Virus record (IMG/VR): IMGVR_UViG_3300042922_000711
Span: 1-50,733 of that record
DNA length: 50,733 nucleotides
Strand: one strand, 5' to 3'
Source of the DNA: a virus
Lineage: Duplodnaviria > Caudoviricetes
Notes under the pieces: generated by a model
What the model was told of the DNA's origin: nothing
The model's database searches: none
Seen by the model: only the letters and a program-made list of their open reading frames with translations
Shown: positions 28,245 to 37,748 of the stretch, in pieces
How the letters are laid out: each line of letters begins with the position of its first letter
How positions within the stretch are numbered: position 1 is the stretch's first letter
Program-made: the position numbers and the translations under genes

Positions 28245-28589
28245 ATGAATTACGTTATAGCTGGGGATTATCCGGGATGGTTGATACAACCTGGTGGATT
28301 TAAAGGTGGTATTGTATTGGCACAAGGATTTAAGAAAATCAGAGTTAACAAAGAAACTGTTGAATCATATGAACTTGTAACGGACGAACATAGAAGGTCG
28401 GCTGCAAGCGGAGCCGTTAAAGGCCTCATTGGTGGAGCGTTGCTTGGTCCAGTGGGAGCTTTAGCCGGTGGGCTTAGTGCCAAGGAAAAAGGAACTTATC
28501 AGGTGGCTGTACAGTTCAAAGATGACAAGAAAAGCTTATTCAACATGGATGAAAAACTATATAAATTATTAATACAAACTATGTTTTAA
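28245..28589 (+). CDS. Moron-like gene with glycine-zipper segment
   Basis: Own promoter TTGTAA-17-TATAAT (28194-28222), GGGAGG RBS, GLIGGALLGPVGALAGG, downstream hairpin terminator. Confidence 0.7.
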   Translation: MNYVIAGDYPGWLIQPGGFKGGIVLAQGFKKIRVNKETVESYELVTDEHRRSAASGAVKGLIGGALLGPVGALAGGLSAKEKGTYQVAVQFKDDKKSLFNMDEKLYKLLIQTMF

Positions 28590-28726
28590 ATTAAATAAGA
28601 ATAGTCCCTGCAAAGCCTCTCATTGAAGCGTAACAGCGCAGGTCTGACTCCGGAGCAATCCGGGGTTTTTTATTACAATAATATAGGAGGTGAAGTTAAC
28701 GTTGAAGAAAATACTAAAGAAAGGTT

Positions 28727-28860
28727 AGGTGATCCTCTTATCTCCCTGAAGACTTGGGTTAAAGGTCTTATTTTTATGTTTAAAATTCGTCACTTTGGTA
28801 TTACGGACGTTAACTGTTAAGACAAATAACGTGGACTGAACCACGAAAAAATAATGTATT
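28727..28860 (+). promoter_or_regulatory. Structured leader upstream of the scaffold gene (candidate GP20-type RNA motif)
   Basis: Hairpins AAGAC..GTCTT, CGTC..GACG, CGTGG-ACTGAA-CCACG; RNA motifs are described upstream of Phage_GP20 genes, but membership was not verified. Confidence 0.4.
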
Positions 28861-28877
28861 TGAAAGGATGAAAGAAA

Positions 28878-29486
28878 ATGAGAAAAGAAGAATTAATAGC
28901 ATTAGGACTTGATGAAGCTACAGCAGTAAAAGTTGAAAAAGCTTCAACAGAGGAATTAAAGACATTTATTCCTAAGACGAGATTTGACGAAGTAAACACA
29001 GAGAAAAAGAAGCTTGAAGATGATGTCAAAGACAGAGATAAACAACTTGAAACTTTGAAGACTTCAACAGGGGATGTAGAAGCTTTAAAAACACAAATCA
29101 CAACTCTTCAGGCTGAGAACAAGACAAAAGATGAAACTCACGCTGCTGAATTAAAACAGCTTAAAGCTGAAAATGCAATTAGCGCAGCACTTGCAACATC
29201 AAAAGCTAAGAATCCAAAAGCAGCAAGAGCGCTTCTCGATATTGATTTAAAAAAAGTTGAATTCAACGATGATGGAACAATCAAAGGCCTTGATGATCAG
29301 ATTAAGAAGTTGACTGAAGCAGAAGATTCTAAGTTCTTATTTGACACTGAATCTAAACCAGGTAAACCAAAATTTAAAGGTGTTAATCCAGGTGAAGGAA
29401 AAGGCGGAGCTGGAGCTGGAACAGAAGGCGAACCTACTTCACTTGCCGAAGCAATTAAGCTTAAACTATCCAGCAACAACGAATAA
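28878..29486 (+). CDS. Capsid scaffolding protein (Phage_GP20-like)
   Basis: FIPKTRFDEVN, AKNPKA, GLDDQI...FLF; precedes the capsid gene. Confidence 0.85.
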   Translation: MRKEELIALGLDEATAVKVEKASTEELKTFIPKTRFDEVNTEKKKLEDDVKDRDKQLETLKTSTGDVEALKTQITTLQAENKTKDETHAAELKQLKAENAISAALATSKAKNPKAARALLDIDLKKVEFNDDGTIKGLDDQIKKLTEAEDSKFLFDTESKPGKPKFKGVNPGEGKGGAGAGTEGEPTSLAEAIKLKLSSNNE

Positions 29487-29518
29487 AAAATATAAAAGAG
29501 TGAAGGGAGAACACTTAT

Positions 29519-30475
29519 ATGGCAGTAACATTGGCGCAAGCTAAACTTAACGTTCAAGACGATTTACAATCAATGGTTATAGACGAATTTGCGAAAAGCA
29601 ATTTCTTGTTTAATAACATGACATTTGATGATGTTGTATCACCTACAGGTGGAGGGGCAACTCTCACATACGGTTATACCAGATTAATTACACAACCAAC
29701 GGCAGACTTCAGAGCTGTAAATACTGAATATGCTCCTCAGGAAGTAACAAAACAAAGATACACTGTTGACCTTAAGGTGTTTGGTGGAAGCTTCCAGGTT
29801 GACCGTGTTATCGCAAACATGGGTGGTATTGTTGATGAAGTAGCACTTCAAATGCAACAGAAAATTAAAGCTGCTGCTGCCTTGTTTAACGACACAGTTA
29901 TCAATGGAGACTCTGCTATTGACGTGGATGCATTTGACGGCCTTGAAAAAGGACTTACAGGATCATCAACTGAATACAATACAGTGGCAGCAATAGACCT
30001 TTCTACTTCTGCTCTTGTAACAGCAAACTACATGTATTTTCTTGACATGCTTGATGAGTTCATTGGTGGACTGGACGGAACACCTTCTTTCCTTGGTGGT
30101 AACACTAAGATGATTGCTAAGTTAAGAGCAATTGCAAGAAGAGCAGGAATGTACCAGGTAACAAAAGACAACTTCGGACAGCAGGTTGAATACTATGGAA
30201 ATATTCCATTTGTAGACTTCGGAGCCAAAGCAGGCTCAAATAATCCTGTTGTTACTGTAGATGGCGTTTCAGGTGAGACTTCATTGTTTGCTGCAAGATT
30301 AGGGCTTGATGGTTTCCATGCTGTTTCAATGGCTGGTGTGGCACCTGTTCAATCCTGGTTGCCTGATTTCAAAACTTCAGGAGCAGTTAAGACTGGTGAA
30401 GTTGAAATGGTTGCAGCTGTAGCATTGAAAGCTACTAAAGCAGCTGGTGTTTTCAGAAAAATTAAAGTTCAATAA
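29519..30475 (+). CDS. Major capsid protein
   Basis: MAVTLAQAK...VIDEF, FDGL; position after scaffold. Confidence 0.85.
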   Translation: MAVTLAQAKLNVQDDLQSMVIDEFAKSNFLFNNMTFDDVVSPTGGGATLTYGYTRLITQPTADFRAVNTEYAPQEVTKQRYTVDLKVFGGSFQVDRVIANMGGIVDEVALQMQQKIKAAAALFNDTVINGDSAIDVDAFDGLEKGLTGSSTEYNTVAAIDLSTSALVTANYMYFLDMLDEFIGGLDGTPSFLGGNTKMIAKLRAIARRAGMYQVTKDNFGQQVEYYGNIPFVDFGAKAGSNNPVVTVDGVSGETSLFAARLGLDGFHAVSMAGVAPVQSWLPDFKTSGAVKTGEVEMVAAVALKATKAAGVFRKIKVQ

Positions 30476-30480
30476 TCTAT

Positions 30481-30515
30481 GAACCAGTCAACTTATGTGA
30501 CTGGTTCAATTTCTT
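30481..30515 (+). terminator. Hairpin after the capsid gene
   Basis: GAACCAGTCA-ACTTATG-TGACTGGTTC. Confidence 0.55.
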
Positions 30516-30524
30516 TATGAAAGG

Positions 30525-30914
30525 ATGAGAGTAATGGCAAAGATATATAGTCCAAATAAACAGTATGTTGGTATTTCAGCAGGTGTTACATTCGTTAAAG
30601 GTGTAGGTGAAGCCACAGATGAATACCTGATAGACTGGTTTAAGAAACACGGTTATGAAGTTGAAGAAGATTTAAAAGTTCCTGATCCAGATGATAGTGA
30701 TCCAGATGACCATGATCCAGGCGCTCCGGGAGAAGTAAATGAAGGTGACTTAAATCCTGATGTTACCAGCCCAGGGACCATTGATTTAGAAACTTATTCA
30801 GTTGAAGAATTAACCAAATTTGCTGAAGATAACGGCATCGACATTGGAAAGGCGACTTCAAAAGAAGGAATACTGAAGAAGATACAAGAAGCAGCTGAAA
30901 AAATAGAAGAATAG
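30525..30914 (+). CDS. Head-associated protein with acidic linker and Rho-N-like C-terminus
   Basis: SVEELTKFAEDNGIDIG..K..ILKKI. Confidence 0.65.
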   Translation: MRVMAKIYSPNKQYVGISAGVTFVKGVGEATDEYLIDWFKKHGYEVEEDLKVPDPDDSDPDDHDPGAPGEVNEGDLNPDVTSPGTIDLETYSVEELTKFAEDNGIDIGKATSKEGILKKIQEAAEKIEE

Positions 30915-30927
30915 GATGTGATAATCA

Positions 30928-31323
30928 ATGTTAACTGATATCACAGAAAGATTATTGTCGCTCGGTTACACAGTTGTTCAGGGTGATAGTTGGGTACTCG
31001 ACTATATAAGCAGCAAGGTTGAAAGTAGCATAAAAGGTGATTGTGGTGTTTATGATCCTTTAACGCTGGCAATAAAAATACCTGATGAATTACATCAAAT
31101 TGCAGTTGATAGGGTTTGCGGAGAGTTCTTGCATAGTAAAAAGGCATCCGGAGCTCTTGTTGGATTTGATTTGACTGCTGCTGTTAAAACAATTCAGGAA
31201 GGCGATATAAAGGTTGATTTCGGCGGTTCATTAACACCTGAACAAAGGTTGGACGCATTGATTAATTATTTGTTAAATCAAGGGAAGGGCGATATCGCTT
31301 CGCATAGGAAAATAAAATGGTAA
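30928..31323 (+). CDS. Head-tail connector protein
   Basis: Synteny; VKTIQEGDIKVDF. Confidence 0.7.
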   Translation: MLTDITERLLSLGYTVVQGDSWVLDYISSKVESSIKGDCGVYDPLTLAIKIPDELHQIAVDRVCGEFLHSKKASGALVGFDLTAAVKTIQEGDIKVDFGGSLTPEQRLDALINYLLNQGKGDIASHRKIKW

Positions 31324-31697
31324 TACCTGAAAAGACAGTTACTGCTGTAAGAGCAGCTATCGAATCAATGTATGATGGTAAATGCACCGTAACAGAATAT
31401 AACCCTGTCACGGATCCCGTCACCAAGATTACCAAACATGTTGAAGATAATGTTCATACCGATAAACCTTGTCACTTATCTTATAAAAATATAATCAATG
31501 CAAATTCAACTGCGACAGGCTCAATTTTGACTCAAATAATAAAATTATTCATTGCACCTGAGGTGGCAATTAAACCAGGTTCAAAGATTACCGTGACACA
31601 AAACGGTATCACAACGGAATATAAGGATAGTGGTGAGCCTGCTATATATAGCACTCATCAGGAGATTGTTCTTAAATTGTTTGATGGGTGGTCTTAA
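31317..31697 (+). CDS. Head-tail adaptor/closure protein
   Basis: Synteny; PCHLS...KLFIAPE..IKPGSKI. Confidence 0.65.
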   Translation: MVIPEKTVTAVRAAIESMYDGKCTVTEYNPVTDPVTKITKHVEDNVHTDKPCHLSYKNIINANSTATGSILTQIIKLFIAPEVAIKPGSKITVTQNGITTEYKDSGEPAIYSTHQEIVLKLFDGWS

Positions 31698-32206
31698 CAA
31701 TGGCTAAGTGGGGAAAGGTTGATTATAAGCAGCTTAAAAGGCTCCAGAAGAACCTTGATAAGCTTGCCGGTGTAGACCTGGATAAATTCATTAACGACAT
31801 AGCGAAAGAACTGGCTGCAAGGCTTCTTGCAAAAGTTATTAAAAGAACACCTGTTGGTGAATATTCTGATACTGGTATGATGGGTGGAACCTTAAGACGT
31901 GGGTGGACCTCTGAAACTGAACAGGAAGCTGAAGCAACTGCCGTATTTGGTGGTGGAAATGCTGCTAAAACATATGCGAACTCACTTAAAGTTGAGCGGG
32001 TTGGAAATGTATATCAGATTGAAATAGTAAATCCGGTTCACTATGCGTCCTATGTTGAGTTTGGCCACAGAACAAGGAATCATAAAGGCTGGGTAAATGG
32101 CAGATTTATGTTGACCGTATCTGAGCAGGAACTTGAAGCACAGGCGCCACAGATCATAGAAAAGAAATTAATAAAATACTTAGGGGAGGCATTCGATGTT
32201 AAATGA
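31688..32206 (+). CDS. HK97 gp10-family neck protein
   Basis: RTPV...GTLRRGW, YASYVEFGHR. Confidence 0.85.
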   Translation: MVLTMAKWGKVDYKQLKRLQKNLDKLAGVDLDKFINDIAKELAARLLAKVIKRTPVGEYSDTGMMGGTLRRGWTSETEQEAEATAVFGGGNAAKTYANSLKVERVGNVYQIEIVNPVHYASYVEFGHRTRNHKGWVNGRFMLTVSEQELEAQAPQIIEKKLIKYLGEAFDVK

Positions 32207-32624
32207 TATTATAATTGCAATTTCAAAGAAGCTGAACCTTGAATTTGGCGACACTTATAAAATTCACGATGAATCAGTAAAGCAGGGTTTGACTGAACCT
32301 TGTTTTTTTATTGTGCTTTTAAACACAGCACAAACGCAAGTAATTGGAAAAAGGTATTTCAGAACACAGCCATTTGACATTCATTATTTTCCAAGTACAG
32401 CTGATAAGAACACAGAAATGAATGATGTTGCTGACAGATTGAATGATGCCATGGAATTTATAACGCTTGGGAATGGTGACAAGCTTCATGGCACAGGTAT
32501 TAATCATCAGATTGTTGATGAGGTTCTGCATTTCTTTGTTAGTTATAATATGCACGTTCACAAAGTGGAAATTCCTTCTGATTACATGGAAAATGTAGCA
32601 GTCAATAACGAGGTGATCCAATGA
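32196..32624 (+). CDS. Tail terminator (XkdJ-like)
   Basis: QGLTEPCFFI, FDIHYFP, VLHFF; synteny. Confidence 0.7.
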   Translation: MLNDIIIAISKKLNLEFGDTYKIHDESVKQGLTEPCFFIVLLNTAQTQVIGKRYFRTQPFDIHYFPSTADKNTEMNDVADRLNDAMEFITLGNGDKLHGTGINHQIVDEVLHFFVSYNMHVHKVEIPSDYMENVAVNNEVIQ

Positions 32625-32785
32625 AAGAGATAGAAACAAAATTTACAAAAGAGCAGTTGCTTAAAAGCAAAAAATATACTGACAGAAAAGACATTGTAAA
32701 TGTTCTTTTGAAAGATGGCCAAACGTACAGCTTCAGTGAAGTTGACGCATTAATTAAAAAATACATGAAAGGTAAGGTGAAATAA
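32621..32785 (+). CDS. Small conserved protein before the sheath (54 aa, not in ORF track)
   Basis: GAGGTG RBS, ATGA overlap, MKEIETKFTKEQLLKSKKY...; stop overlaps the sheath ATG. Confidence 0.7.
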   Translation: MKEIETKFTKEQLLKSKKYTDRKDIVNVLLKDGQTYSFSEVDALIKKYMKGKVK

Positions 32786-34092
32786 TGGCATTAGGTGGCG
32801 GAACTTTTGTGACTCAAAATAAAGTACTTCCGGGTGCTTACATCAATGTTATTTCAGCAGCAAGAGCCTCAGCTTCAATTTCTGACCGTGGTATTGCTGC
32901 AATGGGATTGGAACTTGATTGGGGACCTGATGGAGAAATATTTGAAGTTACTAACGGAGACTTCCAAAAAGACTCCTTGAAAATCTTTGGTTATGCTTAC
33001 ACTGATCCAAAGATGAAAGGCCTTAGAGATTTATTCAAATACACTAAAACTCTTTTCGCCTATAAACTGACAGGCGGAGGAGCTAAAGCAACAAATACTT
33101 TTGCCACTGCTAAATACGCAGGGGTGAGGGGTAATGATTTAAAGATTGCTATATCGGCAAATGTTGATGTGCCGACTGATTTCGATGTAAAAACTTACAT
33201 TGGAACACAGCTGATTGACACCCAAACGGTGACCACAGCAGCTGAACTTGTATCAAATGACTTTGTTGACTTTAAACCGGCAGCAGTGCTCGCTGTTACA
33301 GCTTCAACACCACTGGCAGGTGGAACAAACTTGGCAGTTGACGGAACGGCCCATCAAGCATTCCTTGATAAAGTTGAATCATATTCATTCAATGTATTAG
33401 GCGTTGTTTCGGTTGACTTGGTTACTAACCAATTATATTCTGCTTTCTGCAAGAGATTGAGAGATGAGCAGGGCATTAAATTCCAGGTTGTAACTTATTC
33501 TAATCCGGTAGATTATGAAGGCAACATCAACGTTAAAAATATGGTCACTGATGTTGGTGCGAGTGCAGCTTCACTTGTTTACTGGGTAACTGGTATAAGC
33601 GCAGCATGTGAAGTCAATAAATCGAACTTAAACAAGAAATATGATGGTGAATATACAGTTGATACTAATTACACTCAAGCGCAGCTTGAAACGGCAATTA
33701 AGGCTGGAGAATTCACTTTCCATAAGGTTGGCACGGATGTTCGTGTATTGAGTGACATAAATTCACTTGTGACAACTTCGGACACCAAGGGTGACATCTT
33801 CAAAGAGAACCAAACAATCAGGGTGGTTGACCAGATAGCAAATGACATTGCTTTATTGTTCAACACCAAATATCTTGGAACTGTACCGAATGACGCTTCC
33901 GGACGTATTTCATTCTGGAATGATGTTGTAACTCATCATAGAGAACTTCAAAGAATCAGAGCTATTGAAGACTTTGAAGCAGATCATGTGACAGTTGAAC
34001 AGGGGTTAACTAAAAAAGCTGTAGTAGTTAATGGCGTTGTAACCATTGTAAATGCAATGGCTCAATTGTACATGACTGTTGTAGCTCAATAA
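32785..34092 (+). CDS. Tail sheath protein (XkdK-like)
   Basis: MALGGGTF..QNKVLPGAYIN, DINSL, NQTIRVVD. Confidence 0.95.
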   Translation: MALGGGTFVTQNKVLPGAYINVISAARASASISDRGIAAMGLELDWGPDGEIFEVTNGDFQKDSLKIFGYAYTDPKMKGLRDLFKYTKTLFAYKLTGGGAKATNTFATAKYAGVRGNDLKIAISANVDVPTDFDVKTYIGTQLIDTQTVTTAAELVSNDFVDFKPAAVLAVTASTPLAGGTNLAVDGTAHQAFLDKVESYSFNVLGVVSVDLVTNQLYSAFCKRLRDEQGIKFQVVTYSNPVDYEGNINVKNMVTDVGASAASLVYWVTGISAACEVNKSNLNKKYDGEYTVDTNYTQAQLETAIKAGEFTFHKVGTDVRVLSDINSLVTTSDTKGDIFKENQTIRVVDQIANDIALLFNTKYLGTVPNDASGRISFWNDVVTHHRELQRIRAIEDFEADHVTVEQGLTKKAVVVNGVVTIVNAMAQLYMTVVAQ

Positions 34093-34109
34093 GGAAGGAG
34101 TTGTAAAGT

Positions 34110-34577
34110 ATGCAGACAATGAACGCTAAAGATGCAGTAAGCGCTTCCCTTGCCGAATGTTTTGTAACAATAGACGGTAATAGATATAACTTCATGCAAG
34201 CTATAAACCTTGAAGCAAACATGGAAAAGGTAAAGAGTCAAGTTCCGATATTGGGAAAGACCGGAAAAGGCAATAAAGCAACTGGTTGGACTGGTTCAGG
34301 TAATGCGACATTCCATTATAACACCTCTATATTCAGGGAATTATTGTACAGATACAAAAACACAGGCGAAGAAATATATTTCGATATCCAGGTTACAAAC
34401 GAAGATCCTTCTTCAGCTGTTGGAAGACAGACAATAATTTTGAAAGATTGCAATATAGACGGTGGATTGTTGACAAGGTTTGACGCAGACGCAGAATATC
34501 TTGATGAAAGTCTTGATTTCACGTTTGAGGACTGGGAAATGCCTGAAAAATTTACTAATTTGGCAGGTATGCTATAA
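34110..34577 (+). CDS. Tail tube protein (XkdM-like)
   Basis: NEDPSS..GRQ, DFTFED; follows the sheath. Confidence 0.9.
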   Translation: MQTMNAKDAVSASLAECFVTIDGNRYNFMQAINLEANMEKVKSQVPILGKTGKGNKATGWTGSGNATFHYNTSIFRELLYRYKNTGEEIYFDIQVTNEDPSSAVGRQTIILKDCNIDGGLLTRFDADAEYLDESLDFTFEDWEMPEKFTNLAGML

Positions 34578-34598
34578 AATTTGAAAGGATGATGAATA

Positions 34599-35027
34599 AT
34601 GAGTAATTTAAGTGCTTTCTTGGCGGGTAACGCGTTAAAGAATGAAAATGTAAAATATGCAGCTTCTAACAGGTTTGTCGATGAAAACGGCAAACCTATG
34701 TTATGGGAAATTAAATCTATAACAAGTGAAGAAGATGAAATCATAAGAAAACAATACACGAAGCAAGTTCCTGTTCCTGGTGCCAAGAATCGATTTATGC
34801 AAGATTTCGATGCTAACGGATATCTGGGAGTTATGGCTGCAAGATGTACTGTATTTCCTAATCTTAACGATGCAGAGCTTCAGGACAGTTATAAGGTAAT
34901 GGGAGCAGAAAAGCTTTTGAAGGTGATGTTGAAGCCTGGCGAATATCAAGACTATTTGAAAAAAATACAAGCAGTTAACGGCTTTGATGTGCCAATGGAT
35001 GAGGTTATAGAAGAGGCAAAAAACTAA
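34599..35027 (+). CDS. Tail assembly chaperone (XkdN-like)
   Basis: VFPNLNDAELQDSY...LKPGEY; ends EAKN* on a slippery A AAA AAC. Confidence 0.85.
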   Translation: MSNLSAFLAGNALKNENVKYAASNRFVDENGKPMLWEIKSITSEEDEIIRKQYTKQVPVPGAKNRFMQDFDANGYLGVMAARCTVFPNLNDAELQDSYKVMGAEKLLKVMLKPGEYQDYLKKIQAVNGFDVPMDEVIEEAKN

Positions 35028-35224
35028 TACGTGAAGGTGATGCTGACGCTATTGTAGCTCACTATTGCCTTCACAAATTACATATGCTTCCGAGCAAATA
35101 CGAAAGTTTGCCACGTCGTGAGAAAGCATTTATAATTGCTTCTATTCAAGTCAAGAGTGATGACGAGAAAAAAGAAAATGACAAAATTAATAAAGAAAAA
35201 AGAAAGACTAGAAAAAGAAGATAG
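35018..35224 (+). CDS. -1 frameshift extension of the tail chaperone
   Basis: Heptamer AAAAAAC at 35018-35024; -1 frame open for 66 codons (LIREGDAD...EKAFIIASI...) to TAG at 35224. Confidence 0.8.
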   Translation, partial: KKLIREGDADAIVAHYCLHKLHMLPSKYESLPRREKAFIIASIQVKSDDEKKENDKINKEKRKTRKRR

Positions 35225-35274
35225 GGTTTAGATCATGATTTAAACCCTGTTTTTATTTAAAGGTAGGTGAGACA

Positions 35275-37098
35275 GTGGCAACAATAAGAACCGCTATTCA
35301 AATACAAAATGGTATGACACCTGCATTGAAAAGCATGAACAGTGCTTTAAACATGGTTTTAAGTAGCTTTGAATCTCTTCAAAGTGTAAGTGGTAATTCC
35401 ATAGATACTGCCAGTATTAAAGCTGCAAGAGCTGAACTTAATAAATCCGAAATTGCAATAAATTCGGTTGAACAGGAAATAAGAGAAGCTGCTGAAGCAC
35501 AGAATCAATTAAACGATAAAATGAATCACGGTTCAAGTGCGGCGAACAATCTGTTAAGGGGCATTGGTAGAATTGCCGGAGCTGCTGGAGTTGCATTTGG
35601 TATAAAAGGTATTACAAACTTATCTGACACAATGACTTCGACAACAGCAAGACTCAAGATGATGAATGACGGCTTGCAGACTACCGAAGAACTTCAACAA
35701 ATGATATATCAGTCTGCTGATAATTCAAGGGCTAAATATGTTGATACGGCTGCAGCTGTTGCTAAACTTGGTGTGCTTGCCGGAGATGCTTTTGGTTCAA
35801 CAGAAGAAATTGTTGCATTTGCTGAACAGATGAATAAACAGTTTGTTATTGGTGGCGCAAGTGTTCAGGAACAAACATCTGCAATGTATCAATTAACACA
35901 AGCCATGGCAGCTGGTAAGCTACAAGGTGATGAATTTAGGTCCATTATGGAAAATGCTCCAATGTTAGCTCAAAGTATTGCTGATTATATGGATATACCT
36001 AAAGGCGAATTAAAAGAAATGTCATCAGATGGTGTTATAACAGCGGATATTATAAAAAATGCTCTATTCAGCGTAGCAGATGAAACAAATGCTAAGTTTG
36101 AAGAAATGCCAATGACCTGGGCGCAGGTGGGAAACGAAGTTGCAAATACGATGCTTCAGGTATTTGATCCGGTCATCCAAGGAATTGGTGAAGGTGCTCA
36201 ATGGGTAGGTGACAATTGGGAAAATCTTCAACCTTTGTTTTTCGGTGTTGCTGCTGGTGTCACTGCTTACGCTGTGGCAATGGGTATCAGTAACGCTGTA
36301 ACGTGGTTGGGGGTGGCAGCAAATAAGGCATTGATAGTAACTATGCTCACAAATCCATATACATGGGTTGCGGTAGGAATAGGACTTGTTGTGGCAGCAA
36401 TATATAAATGGGTTCAATCCGTAGGTGGTATTTCAATTGCCTGGATGATTGCAAAGGACAAAATTTTATACGCCTGGGACTTAATTGGAGTGGGTGTTAT
36501 GACCGGTGTTTATGGGATAGCTGACTTCATGGGCTTCATGAAGGTTGCTGTTTTGACTGAGCTTCAAGGAATGGTGAATGATGCTATTGATATTGTTAAC
36601 ACGTTCATAACCGCAGTTAATAAAATACCTGGCGTCGCGTTTGATACTCTGGACCACATGACTTTTGCAACCACAGCTCAAGTTGAGTTTGAAGCAGAAC
36701 AGCGTGGAAGAGCTGACGCGCTTAAAAATTTAAAGTATGATGCCAATCTGAATCATTCCATGAGACAGATGGAAATTGACATAGCAAGAGAGAACGCAGC
36801 TGCTCAGGCTAATAACTCAGGGATAGACTATGCAGGCCTTTACAATAATACTTATGATACAGCTGAGAACACTTCCAAAATAGCAGACAGCATGGAGATA
36901 TCTGAAGAAGAGTTAAAATATATAAGAGATATGGCCGAACGTGAGACTGTAAATAGATTCACAACTGCTGAAGTAAAAGTTGAAATGACCAACAATAATA
37001 ATATTAATTCTGATATGGACATCGACGGCATTATAGACCAATTTGCGGAAAAATTAGAAGAAAGTATAACCACAATAGCTGAGGGGGTGCATGAATAA
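35275..37098 (+). CDS. Tape measure protein
   Basis: QLTQAMAAGKLQGDEFRSIMENAP tape-measure motif; Ala/Gly-rich with hydrophobic segments. Confidence 0.9.
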   Translation: MATIRTAIQIQNGMTPALKSMNSALNMVLSSFESLQSVSGNSIDTASIKAARAELNKSEIAINSVEQEIREAAEAQNQLNDKMNHGSSAANNLLRGIGRIAGAAGVAFGIKGITNLSDTMTSTTARLKMMNDGLQTTEELQQMIYQSADNSRAKYVDTAAAVAKLGVLAGDAFGSTEEIVAFAEQMNKQFVIGGASVQEQTSAMYQLTQAMAAGKLQGDEFRSIMENAPMLAQSIADYMDIPKGELKEMSSDGVITADIIKNALFSVADETNAKFEEMPMTWAQVGNEVANTMLQVFDPVIQGIGEGAQWVGDNWENLQPLFFGVAAGVTAYAVAMGISNAVTWLGVAANKALIVTMLTNPYTWVAVGIGLVVAAIYKWVQSVGGISIAWMIAKDKILYAWDLIGVGVMTGVYGIADFMGFMKVAVLTELQGMVNDAIDIVNTFITAVNKIPGVAFDTLDHMTFATTAQVEFEAEQRGRADALKNLKYDANLNHSMRQMEIDIARENAAAQANNSGIDYAGLYNNTYDTAENTSKIADSMEISEEELKYIRDMAERETVNRFTTAEVKVEMTNNNNINSDMDIDGIIDQFAEKLEESITTIAEGVHE

Positions 37099-37748
37099 TG
37101 TATAGTTTTTATTTAGACGGCGTACAATTACCGATTGCACCTTCTAAGCTTACCATAAAAATCAAGAACCAAAATAAGACGTTAAACCTCATAAACGATG
37201 GTGAAGTTAATCTGCTAAAAACAGCCGGATTGACTGAAGTCAATTTTGACGCAAGATTCCCTCAGGTGAGATATCCTTTTGGCGTATATCCAAATGGTTT
37301 TAGAACGGCAGAATTTTTCTTAAATAAACTTGAAACGCTGAAACAAGGTAGGGAGCCTTTTCAATTTGTCGTTTCTAGGATGTCCCAGGGCGGAGATCTT
37401 CTGTTTGATACGAATTTAAGGGTGTCGATTGAAGATTATGACATTGAAGAAAGTGCAGCTGAAGGCCTGGATGTAATAGTATCAATTAAGTTGAAACAGT
37501 ACAAGTATTTCGGAAAGAAAACACCGATTATAAAGACCACACCAACAAAGACAACCCTATCGGTTACAGATAAAAGAACTGTCACAAGAGCAATACCCAA
37601 GACTTATACAGTCCAGCCGGGAGACTCTCTTTGGAAGATATGTAAAAAAGAATTGGGTGATGGTTCAAAGTATAATGAAATAGCTTCACTGAACAGCATT
37701 GCCAACGCCAATTTGATTTATCCAGGGCAGGTGATACGTTTTGGATAA
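37098..37748 (+). CDS. LysM-containing tail protein (XkdP-like)
   Basis: C-terminal YTVQPGDSLWKI...NLIYPGQ LysM. Confidence 0.9.
   Translation: MYSFYLDGVQLPIAPSKLTIKIKNQNKTLNLINDGEVNLLKTAGLTEVNFDARFPQVRYPFGVYPNGFRTAEFFLNKLETLKQGREPFQFVVSRMSQGGDLLFDTNLRVSIEDYDIEESAAEGLDVIVSIKLKQYKYFGKKTPIIKTTPTKTTLSVTDKRTVTRAIPKTYTVQPGDSLWKICKKELGDGSKYNEIASLNSIANANLIYPGQVIRFG

Noticed and set aside
28623-28820. 65-aa ORF from the track
   Set aside because: No RBS and it runs through a terminator and leader hairpins; probably spurious.
30680-30720. GATCCAGAT repeats
   Set aside because: They encode an acidic DPDD linker inside a head protein; coding low complexity.
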